DNA from: Dehalococcoidia bacterium
GTDB lineage: Bacteria > Chloroflexota > Dehalococcoidia > Plut-88900
Direction: 5' to 3'
NCBI GenBank assembly: GCA_965197645.1
Contig: OZ240219.1
Coordinates: 1,408,001 to 1,472,000 of the forward strand
DNA: 64,000 nt
Shown here: positions 50,616-60,229 of the stretch, piece after piece
Layout of the letters: each line of letters starts with the position of its first letter
Numbering within the stretch: position 1 is the first letter of the stretch
Program-made: the position numbers and the translations under genes
Notes under the pieces: model-generated
Seen by the model: the letters and a program-made list of their open reading frames with translations, nothing else
Database searches by the model: none
What the model was told of the DNA's origin: nothing

Positions 50616-51812
50616 TCAAGACACTATAGTCAGCTCTCTCGGCAGCCGGCTTAGCGTTTCGCAGCCGTCCTCGGTGATGACCATCGTTTCACTGAACCAC
50701 ACGCCCACCTGGTTGGGGGCTCGACAGCCGGTGGGAGTGTGAAAGACCATCCCCGGTTCGAGGACCCGATGGTGCTTTTCCGTGATATAGGTGGCGTGGT
50801 CCACCCAGTCGGGAGGAAACCCGATGCCTACCGAATAGGCTATTCCTCGTGCGGGATACCCGGCGGAATCCTTCCCCTTCATCCCTTCGTCCACGGCACG
50901 GGCCACTTCCGAACCGGTCCTGCCCGGCCTAGCGTTTTCAAGTAGCAACTCGAGTCGTGTCAGACCGCTGTCGGCAAGCCGTTTTACCAGGTCCGATGGC
51001 GGGCCGATGACACCGGTGCGGTACAGGGGCGCTGCGTAACGATGATATGCGGAGGTCAACTCGATGCCGGCCGGCTCTCCCCTTTTGATAGTCCGTCTCT
51101 TGGCTACCACATGAGTCAGCGCAGTCCAGGCCCCGACGTATACCAAGGGCTGGACCGAGACGTACTCGCTGCCCGCCCTGGTTATCGAATCCAGGGCAGC
51201 GGCGGCTATGTCGTTGTCCCGTTCCCCCTCCCGTATCGCCGCCAGCGCAGCCTCCATGCCGATATCCGTCATCCTGGCCGCTTCGCGAATGTGGGCCAGC
51301 TCGGTGGGTGATTTCACTGCCCGGAGGTCCAACGTCAGGTCCGAAGCGTCGACAAACTCGGCATCGGCCAGCTCGTCCCTTAGCACCTGGCTTGTCAGAC
51401 CGCTGAAACCTGGAAGCCGCAGCTCGATGCCGATGCGTTTGTTCGCATAGCCTCGGCCCTTCAATATCTCCACCAGCTGCTGCGGAGCCTCCGCCTGGGA
51501 CATCCAGTCGATGGTGTAGACGCCGTCGGTGTCCCATCCGTGCACCAGCAGGTTCGCCACCTCGATGTCTATGACCTGTACTATGGGGTCCCCTTCCAGT
51601 GGCAGGATCAGGCAGGTGTACCAGTTGGCCAGGGGTGACTGGTAGCCATAGAGGTAGCAGAAGTTCGGTGTGTAGTGAACCAGCAGGACATCTATCCCGC
51701 GTTCCGCCATCGAGCTTCTTACTTTGGCCACTCTGCCTTCGTATTCCTCTCTTGAGAACGCCAATTCCGTCGTTAATCCGGCTGATTTCAACGCGTCGAC
51801 CGACAATACCAT
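50616..51812 (-). CDS. M24-fold hydrolase, ectoine hydrolase/creatinase-like
   Basis: FSREEYEGR, VKSPTE, RYAAPLYRT, YSVGIGFPPDW, LEPGMVFH, FSET. Confidence 0.8.
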   Translation of the reverse strand: MVLSVDALKSAGLTTELAFSREEYEGRVAKVRSSMAERGIDVLLVHYTPNFCYLYGYQSPLANWYTCLILPLEGDPIVQVIDIEVANLLVHGWDTDGVYTIDWMSQAEAPQQLVEILKGRGYANKRIGIELRLPGFSGLTSQVLRDELADAEFVDASDLTLDLRAVKSPTELAHIREAARMTDIGMEAALAAIREGERDNDIAAAALDSITRAGSEYVSVQPLVYVGAWTALTHVVAKRRTIKRGEPAGIELTSAYHRYAAPLYRTGVIGPPSDLVKRLADSGLTRLELLLENARPGRTGSEVARAVDEGMKGKDSAGYPARGIAYSVGIGFPPDWVDHATYITEKHHRVLEPGMVFHTPTGCRAPNQVGVWFSETMVITEDGCETLSRLPRELTIVS

Positions 51813-52003
51813 TGCTAACCTCGCCTTCTCTTCGTTGTCGTGTGGGAGGGAACGGCCATCATTGTATCAACTCGAACCGGAGAAGTAAGCTCTTCGCGAT
51901 GACGTTGGAACCCGACACGGTGGGCAACAGGGAGCACCGATCTATCCGAGCATTGCTTCTAGGATAAAGAGGGCCTGATCTCGGCGGTATCGTCTATGCA
52001 ACC

Positions 52004-52852
52004 CTAGCGCTGTACGTCCGGTACGATGGCGTGCCCACTCAGCTGTGGCCAAGCGGCGGGAGCGCCGGCTCTCTCCAGCCGCTCCTCAATTGGGAGGCTC
52101 TCGTCCCAGTGATATGCGATGAAACGCCGACCATTGGTGCCGCTTCCCTCTTCAGAGCATAGCCAGAGCAGGGGCGCCTGCATCACCTCCGACTGAATCA
52201 GAGCCGACCTCTGCCACGGGGAGTCATCGGGAATCATGTTCGTGTTCGTTGCTCCGCCCGGCACCAGAACGTTCGACGTGACCCCCGTGCCCTCCAACTC
52301 CCGAGCCATGGTGGCGATCAGCGCCTCGTGCCCCGCTTTGGACGGGCCATAGGGTGAGCCGCCTTGGTTGTACATGCTGCCCAGGCTGGTAGTCACCCCG
52401 ATGATGCGTCCCCACCCTTGATCGATCATGTGAGGTACCACTGCGCGAGCCATGAAGAACGGCCCGTTGAGATTTACGGCTACGGCCCTGGCCCAGGTCT
52501 CGGGGGAGGTCAGCCAGAAGTTGGCGTTGTCCATGGAACCCTCGGCCCTCGGGAAGATTCCGGCATTGTTGACCAGGATGTGAAGACCATTCAGCTCTCT
52601 TGTGGTCCGGTCTACGACCAGCTGGACCTGATCAGGGTCCGAGACGTCCAGGGCCATGGGCAAGACGCTGTCATCACCCCCGATCTCACGCACGTCGTTG
52701 GCGCTTTGCCGCAACCAGTCTTCGTTGATATCCGTCATCGCCACTCTGGCTCCGGCTCTTACCAGGGCCATCGACATAGCCCGTCCCATACCCGTTCGGC
52801 TTCCGGCGCCGGTCACTATCGCCACTCTGCCTTCCAACAATCTCTCTGCCAT
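52004..52852 (-). CDS. Short-chain dehydrogenase/reductase
   Basis: TGAGSRTGMG, NNAG, YGPSK. Confidence 0.9.
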   Translation of the reverse strand: MAERLLEGRVAIVTGAGSRTGMGRAMSMALVRAGARVAMTDINEDWLRQSANDVREIGGDDSVLPMALDVSDPDQVQLVVDRTTRELNGLHILVNNAGIFPRAEGSMDNANFWLTSPETWARAVAVNLNGPFFMARAVVPHMIDQGWGRIIGVTTSLGSMYNQGGSPYGPSKAGHEALIATMARELEGTGVTSNVLVPGGATNTNMIPDDSPWQRSALIQSEVMQAPLLWLCSEEGSGTNGRRFIAYHWDESLPIEERLERAGAPAAWPQLSGHAIVPDVQR

Positions 52853-53119
52853 ATCACTCTCCCCTCGTGCTGATGGGTTATGCTGCCTGTTATTGATACA
52901 CCTTTCGGATGACTTTGGGCAACCGCTACCGGATTATGGGAGATTGAAGCAGGGGTTTGCCACCTGTGACCACGGACACTTCCGCGTTCTTTGGCTGAGC
53001 CGCTAGCCTAGTGGTCCTGCGTCCCCCTCATGTCCCGGCGGCGGCGATGATAGAATGGGCCTCGCGACTAGGCGGTCGGAGGGAGAGAAGGGTTTCTCCA
53101 CCTAGAATTGGGACCAAGC

Positions 53120-54283
53120 ATGACCGGACCGAGAGCCGAGAACACCTCGGAAACCGTCTATATGAAGGGCGGGGGCTATTACAGCAGCAACGCCCTCGGA
53201 ACTACCCGCGCGATAAACAGCGCTGTGGGCCTCGTAGAACGGGCAATAAGCGGCATGGACATAGCCGACGAAGACAGGCCCTTCTCGATAGCCGATTACG
53301 GTGCCGCCGATGGAGGGACATCCCTAGACCTATTCCGAAAAGTGATAGAGTTGGTACGGGCAAGAGCGCCTGTTCGTCCCATTATCATTACCTACAACGA
53401 TTTGCCAAGAAACGATTTCTCGGCCCTGTTCACCATAGTTAGCGGAGAGAATGACAGCCTCGGCATCCGTAGCTATCTAGAAGACTACGACAACGTGTTC
53501 GTGACCGCCTCCGGCGCCTCCTTCTATCAACAAGTCCTCCCGAACGACTCGGTGGACTTTGGCTTTTCAGCGACCTCATTCCACTGGTTAAGTGAAAAGC
53601 CCGGCATCGTTTCCAATCACATCCACTCCGTAGGGGCGGCGGGCGAAGAGCTGGAGAAATACGCTGTCCGAGCTAGAGAAGACTGGCAGGCCCTTTTGTT
53701 GCTCCGGGCCGCCGAGCTCCGAAGGGGTGGAAGGCTCTTATTTCTCAACTTTTGTGAGGACGAGGAGGGGCGCTACCTGGGCAACACCGGCGGCGTCAAC
53801 ATGTTTGACTCCTTCAACTCCATCTGGCTGGAGCTGGTGGCCGAGGGGTCGGTTACGAAGGAAGAGTACACAAATGCCGCCTTCCCCCAATACTACAGAA
53901 ATGTGGAGGAGTTTGCCGCTCCCTTCTCCGAGCCGGACGGCGAGACCAGAAAAGCCGGCCTTTCTCTCAATCATATCGAGACCAGGGTCATCGACTGCCC
54001 TTTCGAAGAGACATTTGGACAGACGGGAGACCTGGAAAGCTTTGCCAGGGAGTACACCGCCACGATACGTTCCTGGAGCGAGAGCACCTTTTACAACAGC
54101 CTCGATCCCTCCCGTCCCGCCGACGAGAGATCGGGAACAATTGATGAGCTGTACCGAAAATACGAACGCCTGGTTAAAAGAGCGCCTGTGGGACACGGCA
54201 TGGCCCACGTATACGCTAACATGGTGATCTCCAAGGCCGGATGTGGAAAGACAGACCCGTTGCCGCACCCCATGGAAAGCTAG
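53120..54283 (+). CDS. SAM-dependent carboxyl methyltransferase family (Methyltransf_7/SABATH-like)
   Basis: MKGGGYY, IADYGAADG, NDLPRNDF, SFYQQVLP, FSATSFHWLS, DW..LL..RA.EL..GG. Confidence 0.82.
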   Translation: MTGPRAENTSETVYMKGGGYYSSNALGTTRAINSAVGLVERAISGMDIADEDRPFSIADYGAADGGTSLDLFRKVIELVRARAPVRPIIITYNDLPRNDFSALFTIVSGENDSLGIRSYLEDYDNVFVTASGASFYQQVLPNDSVDFGFSATSFHWLSEKPGIVSNHIHSVGAAGEELEKYAVRAREDWQALLLLRAAELRRGGRLLFLNFCEDEEGRYLGNTGGVNMFDSFNSIWLELVAEGSVTKEEYTNAAFPQYYRNVEEFAAPFSEPDGETRKAGLSLNHIETRVIDCPFEETFGQTGDLESFAREYTATIRSWSESTFYNSLDPSRPADERSGTIDELYRKYERLVKRAPVGHGMAHVYANMVISKAGCGKTDPLPHPMES

Positions 54284-55516
54284 ATGGACCAAGAGAACCG
54301 CCCCCCTCGATACAGATGGTTAGTCCTCGGTACGTGGATGACCGGCCACGTATGGAGCTACATCATAGTTAGCAGTCTGGGCTTTCTGCTGCCGGTCATG
54401 AGGGTAGAATTGGATCTGAGGCCGACTGGGGAGGGCCTACTGGGTTCCGCTCCCCAGGCCGCAAATCTGATGTTCGCCCTTCTGTTCGGGTGGCTGTTGA
54501 CCAACTTCGGGCCCAAGCGGTTATCTTCCATCAGCTTCTTCCTTGGGGCCGGCCTGGCCTTCTTCCAGGGCTGGGCTCCCGGTTTCCTCGTTCTCCTGCT
54601 GGGTCGCTTTCTGTTCGGAGTCGCCTCCATCGCCCGGGAGCCGGCCCGGATTCTTCTGGTGAGGCAGTGGATACCCGCCAACGAGATAGTGTTAGCCAAC
54701 GCCCTGGTCAACTTCTTCTACGGCATAGTTGGCGTAGGCTTCGTCCTCACGCCGTTGCTGCTCAAACTCTTAGACGATAGCTGGAGAGACACGCTGTACG
54801 TATACGGAATCGTGTCCCTGGTCCTCGCCGTCCTATGGCAGATCATCGGTAGAGAGCGGAGCACGTTTGAATACGAACGGGAGGTCCGGTCCCAGGACGT
54901 CCATCCTTTGGGGACCATCATGAGGTACAAGGAGCTATGGATTCTGGGGTTTGCGATGATGGGGGTCGGCTTTAGCTACTCGGCGTTCAGCGTCTTCTGG
55001 CCCAGCTACGTGTTGGACAAGTACGATATCTCCCTGACCATGTCGGCGCTGGTGATGGGAATTGGGGGAGGCTTGTCCGCCATCACCGGATTTGGGGTGG
55101 GTTTCCTAGTCAGGAGAATAGGCCGCAAAAGGCAGATGTTGTTCCTGGCCGGGCTGCTGCTGGGTCTGACTTCAGCTGGCCTCCTTTGGACAGGATCGAT
55201 CCCGATTCTCCTGCTGCTGTTCCTGATACAAAGCTTCGGCTGGTCATTTTTCCCGATCATCATGACCATTCCCTTCGAGCTGCCGGGGATCAAGCCTCGT
55301 GAAGTGGCCGTGGCTGCTACCTTCCTGGAATCGATACTTTGGATAGGAGCGCTCTTGGGTCCGATTCTGGCCGGCGCCATTCAGGACATCTCCGGAGATC
55401 TCCGGTTGGGGCTGTTGGTCACAGGCCTCTTGGCCCTGACAATGACGATTGGAAGCTATCGTCTGCCTCGGGCCTGGGACAGGCCGACCATCGAACCACA
55501 GCTGGCCAGCACGTAG
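54284..55516 (+). CDS. MFS transporter
   Basis: About 12 TM segments, YRWLVL, LLGRFLFG, GPILAGAIQD. Confidence 0.85.
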   Translation: MDQENRPPRYRWLVLGTWMTGHVWSYIIVSSLGFLLPVMRVELDLRPTGEGLLGSAPQAANLMFALLFGWLLTNFGPKRLSSISFFLGAGLAFFQGWAPGFLVLLLGRFLFGVASIAREPARILLVRQWIPANEIVLANALVNFFYGIVGVGFVLTPLLLKLLDDSWRDTLYVYGIVSLVLAVLWQIIGRERSTFEYEREVRSQDVHPLGTIMRYKELWILGFAMMGVGFSYSAFSVFWPSYVLDKYDISLTMSALVMGIGGGLSAITGFGVGFLVRRIGRKRQMLFLAGLLLGLTSAGLLWTGSIPILLLLFLIQSFGWSFFPIIMTIPFELPGIKPREVAVAATFLESILWIGALLGPILAGAIQDISGDLRLGLLVTGLLALTMTIGSYRLPRAWDRPTIEPQLAST

Positions 55517-55686
55517 GGGCTACCAGTCTCCAGCTTAGTCACGTAGCGGTTCGGGGGGGCCCTACGATTCAATCCGGCGGCTTGACGATACGTCGGTTGG
55601 GGGAATACGATGACTCACCGTCCACCCAACAAAGATGATCTGCAACGCGCCGAGTTGACCTTCATGTAGGAAAGGAGAGGGCAAAC

Positions 55687-56940
55687 ATGGATAGTGGAGA
55701 CACCGGTTGGGTCCTGGCCTCATCAGCCTTGGTCCTGTTAATGACTCCAGGACTAGCCTTTTTCTACGCCGGGCTGGTGCGCACAAAGAATGCGCTGGCC
55801 ACCATTATGCAGAGTTTCATGGCCATAGCCCTGGTGGGAGTGTCCTGGGTTCTCTGGGGGTATAGTCTGGCCTTCGGCCCAGATGTCGGGGGGTTCATTG
55901 GCAACCTGGACTATATCGGCCTTAGAGGGGTCTCGGCGATAGCGGCTGGCCCGTACTCCGATACCATCCCTCACCAGACCTTCATGATCTTTCAAGCTAT
56001 GTTTGCCATCATCACCCCGGCCCTTATAACCGGGGCCTTTGCTGAGCGTATGAAGTTCAGCAGCTTCGTGATATTCATATTAGCCTGGTCCACAATCGTG
56101 TACACGCCGCTGGCACACTGGGTCTGGGGAGACGGTGGATGGCTGGGATTGAGCGGTTGGGGCGCTCTGGACTTCGCTGGAGGCGCCGTAGTGCACATCA
56201 GCTCGGGAGTGGCGGCGTTGGCCGCGGCCCTCGTCTTCGGGAGGCGCCAAGGGCACGGGAAAGAGCCCATGGAGCCTCACAACATTCCGTTTGTAGTCCT
56301 GGGAGCGGCGTTGCTCTGGTTCGGCTGGTTCGGGTTCAACGCCGGAAGCGCACTGGCCTCGGGAGGCAGCGCCACCTCCGCCTTCGTGGTTACCAACACC
56401 TCGGCCGCCACGGGAGCACTGACCTGGGTTGCCCTCCACTGGTTGCGCACCGGCAGGACCACATCCGTCGTCGGAGCCGCCACGGGCGCCATAGTTGGCC
56501 TGGCGGCCATCACCCCTGCAGCGGGGTTCGTCGGGCCGATGCCGGCGATACTCATCGGGCTGGTGGCCGGAGTTCTGTGCTACTCGGCAGTCCTGTTGAA
56601 AAACAAGATGAAGCTGGACGACTCCCTGGATGTTTGGGCCGTTCACGGCGTTGGCGGGACCTGGGGAATCCTTGCCGCGGGCATCTTTGTAGGAATAGGA
56701 TTCTTGGGGATCTCCGACCATGTTCTCGAGGGTGTCGGACGGGGAGAGCAGATCCTACGACAGCTGGGGGCTATCGGCGCCGGTTGGGGATGGACTTTCG
56801 TCACGACGCTGCTGATTTTGTACGCCTTGAAATACACGATAGGATTGAGGGTAAGCGAACAAGAGGAGCACGCCGGGTTGGACATCTCTCAGCATGGGGA
56901 GGAGGCTTACAAACCCCAGCCCAGCGACTTGGACTCTTAA
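55687..56940 (+). CDS. amtB: Ammonium transporter
   Basis: LMTPGLAFFYAG, FQAMFA, DFAGGAVVH, WFGWFGFNAGS, DDSLDV..VHG. Confidence 0.96.
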   Translation: MDSGDTGWVLASSALVLLMTPGLAFFYAGLVRTKNALATIMQSFMAIALVGVSWVLWGYSLAFGPDVGGFIGNLDYIGLRGVSAIAAGPYSDTIPHQTFMIFQAMFAIITPALITGAFAERMKFSSFVIFILAWSTIVYTPLAHWVWGDGGWLGLSGWGALDFAGGAVVHISSGVAALAAALVFGRRQGHGKEPMEPHNIPFVVLGAALLWFGWFGFNAGSALASGGSATSAFVVTNTSAATGALTWVALHWLRTGRTTSVVGAATGAIVGLAAITPAAGFVGPMPAILIGLVAGVLCYSAVLLKNKMKLDDSLDVWAVHGVGGTWGILAAGIFVGIGFLGISDHVLEGVGRGEQILRQLGAIGAGWGWTFVTTLLILYALKYTIGLRVSEQEEHAGLDISQHGEEAYKPQPSDLDS

Positions 56941-57062
56941 ACCGAGACCGAAGGCGCCGGCCCCGAACTTTTGGGCGTCAACCCTTGGAGAGCCATGCTA
57001 GAATTAGCAAAAAGAGCACCGGGTAGTAAAGACCAGCAATAGTCTGTCAACGGAGGGTAAGA

Positions 57063-58385
57063 ATGACAGCTAAAGATTCGACAGCGGGCGTGGATTTCGC
57101 CGGGCTGAAACAGGCGGCACTGGACAACTACTGGATGCCGTTCACCCAGTACAACGACATGGCCGAGCCCGACGGGCTGATGTTCATCGTTGACGGGGAT
57201 GGCATCCGGCTCACGGACAGCGAGGGCAAGAGCTATATCGATGGCATCGGTGGGCTGTTCCTGGTAAACGCCGGCCATGGCCGGAAGGAGATCGCCGATG
57301 CCGTAGCGGAGCAGCTCAACCACGTCCACTATGCCAGCACCTTTTCCTACGCCAACATCCCTGCCGTCCAGCTGGCCCAGCGGATAGCGGGCCTGGCGCC
57401 AGGAGACCTGAACAAGGTGTTCTTTGCCAGTGGTGGCTCGGAAGCTGTGGACACGGCGCTGAAGATAGCCCGCCAGTACCACGTAAACAACGGCGAGCCC
57501 CAGAGAACCAAGTTAATCGCTCGAAAGCACTCGTACCACGGCGTCAGCATGGGGGCATTGAGCGTAAACAGCTCGGCCTTCGTACAGAGGGGTATCTGGG
57601 AGCCGATGTTGGCCCAGGTACGCTTCGTGGGCAACAGTGCGGAAGAGGTCGAGGAGCTGGTGGAGTTCGAAGGACCCGACTCCTTCGCCGCCTTCATAAC
57701 CGAGCCCATCTCCATAAGCAAGGGCGTCGAGGTACCCCCCGATGACTACTGGCCCAAGCTGCGTGAGATCTGCGACAAGCACGGCATTCTGCTAATCGCC
57801 GACGAGGTCATCAACGGGTTCGGTCGCACTGGCAAGATGTTCGCCATGGAGCACTGGGGTGTAACCGCCGACATGATGACCTTCGCCAAGGGAGTCACCA
57901 GCGGATACCAGCCCGTGGGTGGGGTAGTTGCCAGGCCCAAGGTAACCGATGCCTTCGTGGGAGATCACTCGAAGACCTTCGCCCATGGCTACACCTACTC
58001 CGGGCATCCGGCCGGCGCAGCCGCCGGGCTGGCCAACCTCGACATCATCGAAGGCGAGAACCTGGTGCAGAACGCCGCGGAAATGGGCGGCTACATGATG
58101 GACCAACTCAGCGCCCTAAAAGAGCACTCCATCGTCAAGGAAGTCCGAGGCAAGGGGCTTCTGATGGGGATGGAGATGGTCAAGGACAAGGCCAAGGACG
58201 AGCCCTTTGAGTACGGCGATCCCATGATCAAGAGCCTGAACAAGAAGCTGATCGACAAGGGCCTGTTGACCCGCGCCGAGCCCTACCTCTACATCTCCCC
58301 GCCTCTCAGCATCACCAAGTCCGAAGTGGATGAGATGGTCACCATCATAGCCGAGTCCATATCGGAGGTGGAGCAGGGGAAGTAA
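57063..58385 (+). CDS. Class III (omega) aminotransferase
   Basis: WMPFT, SGGSEA, SYHG, IADEVINGFGRTG, TFAKG, HGYTYSGHP. Confidence 0.92.
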   Translation: MTAKDSTAGVDFAGLKQAALDNYWMPFTQYNDMAEPDGLMFIVDGDGIRLTDSEGKSYIDGIGGLFLVNAGHGRKEIADAVAEQLNHVHYASTFSYANIPAVQLAQRIAGLAPGDLNKVFFASGGSEAVDTALKIARQYHVNNGEPQRTKLIARKHSYHGVSMGALSVNSSAFVQRGIWEPMLAQVRFVGNSAEEVEELVEFEGPDSFAAFITEPISISKGVEVPPDDYWPKLREICDKHGILLIADEVINGFGRTGKMFAMEHWGVTADMMTFAKGVTSGYQPVGGVVARPKVTDAFVGDHSKTFAHGYTYSGHPAGAAAGLANLDIIEGENLVQNAAEMGGYMMDQLSALKEHSIVKEVRGKGLLMGMEMVKDKAKDEPFEYGDPMIKSLNKKLIDKGLLTRAEPYLYISPPLSITKSEVDEMVTIIAESISEVEQGK

Positions 58386-58418
58386 GCGTTCGGAGATAGA
58401 CGTCGAAACGGAACGTCG

Positions 58419-58463
58419 GGGGCCGCCTTACTTCCCAGAAAGTAAGGCGGCCCCTTCGTTTTT
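58419..58463 (+). terminator. Rho-independent terminator
   Basis: GGGGCCGCCTTACTT/AAGTAAGGCGGCCCC stem followed by TTCGTTTTT. Confidence 0.85.
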
Positions 58464-58493
58464 GTTGTAAAACCGGTTCAACAGGAAGATAAA

Positions 58494-59096
58494 GTGGCTA
58501 TCAACTTCTATTATGTATACGCCTTGAAAGATCCTAGGCAATCTCCGGCAAATCCGTTCTACATCGGCAAGGGAACAGGAAGCCGTGCGTACGACCACAT
58601 TGTCACGCCCGACAACACAAAGAAATACTCCAGAATTCGTGAGGTAGTCGACTCCGGCAAGAGGCCGATAATAACCATCCTTGCCGATGATCTCACCGAA
58701 TCTCAGGCGCTCAAACTGGAAGCTGAATTGATTGCCGCCTTTGGTACGGAAGCCTCAGGAGGCTTGCTTACGAACTCGGTGCTTCCAACTGGCCTCGGCG
58801 GCAAGGCGAGGAAGGGTCTTGTCTTGCCACAAGGAGCAGTAGAACGTGCCCAGATTGGACTTGATTTGGTTAAATCTGCCATCCTCGAACTCGCCGAAGC
58901 TAATTCAGGTGGTGTTACGAACGCTGATGCTGCTAGCCTCCTTGGGCTGCGTAGTGACTATCGCGGTCGGCAGAAGGACTACTTGTCGTATAGCGTATTG
59001 GGGTTGCTTTTGAGAGAAGGCAAAATACGTCGAGACGGAAGACGCCATAAAGTAAACACGCCAGATGCCGAACAGCAGCTTGAGGCGACCGCATGA
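58494..59096 (+). CDS. GIY-YIG nuclease (LEM-3-like) with C-terminal HTH-like region
   Basis: YYVYAL.DPR...FYIGKG.GSRA..H, EAELI, LTN; more AT-rich than neighbours. Confidence 0.8.
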   Translation: MAINFYYVYALKDPRQSPANPFYIGKGTGSRAYDHIVTPDNTKKYSRIREVVDSGKRPIITILADDLTESQALKLEAELIAAFGTEASGGLLTNSVLPTGLGGKARKGLVLPQGAVERAQIGLDLVKSAILELAEANSGGVTNADAASLLGLRSDYRGRQKDYLSYSVLGLLLREGKIRRDGRRHKVNTPDAEQQLEATA

Positions 59097-59169
59097 ACCG
59101 GATCGGTTCAGTGCCCAGGGTTCTACCCGACTCGGCGGTATCAGATTGCGTCGGGTGAGTTCGATAGAG

Positions 59170-59964
59170 ATGCGGCTATCTAGCAGCCAGCAGAATGTGT
59201 TGGACCGGTTTGTAGAGGCCTGCGACAAAGACGAGCGCGTAGTGGCCGCGTTTCTGGGTGGGTCCCATGCCAGCGACACCGCCGACGAGCACTCGGACCT
59301 GGATCTGGGGCTGATCACCACCGATGAAGCCCATGAAGACTTCTACACCGGGCGAGAGTCCTTCATACGGCAGTTGGGTGAACCGGCGCTGGTAGAAGAC
59401 TTCGATCTCCCCAACGTCCTGTTCTTCATCCTCGCCGATGGCACCGAGTGTGAGCTTGCCATCGGTCGGGAGGGGGATTACATCCGTATCCACGGCGGGC
59501 CTTACCGGGTCTTGGTGGACAAGAAAGGCGTGCTGGACGGAGTGGTCTACCCTCTGCACGAGGTTCACCTAGACGAGCAGAAGGAAGTGTTGCGTCGCCT
59601 GGTCTACTGGTTCTGGCACGACCTGTCCCATTTCATAACGGCGATGGCTCGTGGGCAGCTATGGTGGGCCTACGGTCAGCTGGAGGCGCTGCGCCTGCAA
59701 TGCGTCGACCTGGCGCGTCTCCGACACGACTTCTCAGCCGAGGCGCTAGGCTACGAAAAGATGGAGAAGGCAGTGCCGGTGGATCTGTTGGCGCCTCTGC
59801 AATCTACGTTTTGCCCCATGGAACGGGAGGCGATGCTGGAGGCCGGTCTCGCCATCGTACGGTTCTACAAGGAGCTGGCTCCCGGCCTGACTCAGACCCA
59901 CGGGCTAACCTACCCGGAAGACCTGCAGCGGGTGATGTGCGATAGGCTGGAGAGATTGACCTGA
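59170..59964 (+). CDS. Nucleotidyltransferase (AadK/Lnu-like fold)
   Basis: FLGGSHA...DEHSDLD polymerase-beta motif plus helical C-domain (RGQLW). Confidence 0.78.
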   Translation: MRLSSSQQNVLDRFVEACDKDERVVAAFLGGSHASDTADEHSDLDLGLITTDEAHEDFYTGRESFIRQLGEPALVEDFDLPNVLFFILADGTECELAIGREGDYIRIHGGPYRVLVDKKGVLDGVVYPLHEVHLDEQKEVLRRLVYWFWHDLSHFITAMARGQLWWAYGQLEALRLQCVDLARLRHDFSAEALGYEKMEKAVPVDLLAPLQSTFCPMEREAMLEAGLAIVRFYKELAPGLTQTHGLTYPEDLQRVMCDRLERLT

Positions 59965-60039
59965 CTACCGGGTGGCAGAGTGTTGAAAAGCTCCCCTCCA
60001 TAAACACAGGCACTGCTCACTTGTAAGAAAGCCTGACCT

Positions 60040-60090
60040 AAGATTGCCGAGCCCCGACAAAGAAGATTCCTCGATGGACTCGGAATGACG
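60040..60090. repeat. REP-like half element
   Basis: AGATTCCTCG...CTCGGAATGACG resembles the right arm at 6067-6105. Confidence 0.5.
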
Positions 60091-60229
60091 GAGGCAAGAG
60101 CACTCCCTTCGCGACCATCTCATTGGTGCCCTGGCCGGCCGGGAAAGAATCCATTATCGTTAGCACTTTATTTCACAGACGTCACGGGCTACAATACAGT
60201 TGTAACAGTTTCGGAGGCGCCGCACCCAG

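Noticed and set aside
55612-55655. Possible glutamine (glnA) riboswitch upstream of amt (CGTCCACC...GCAACGCGCC)
   Set aside because: Only the ends resemble the motif; the internal stems and conserved core are absent
59170-59964. Aminoglycoside or lincosamide resistance gene call
   Set aside because: Only fold-level similarity; substrate cannot be inferred
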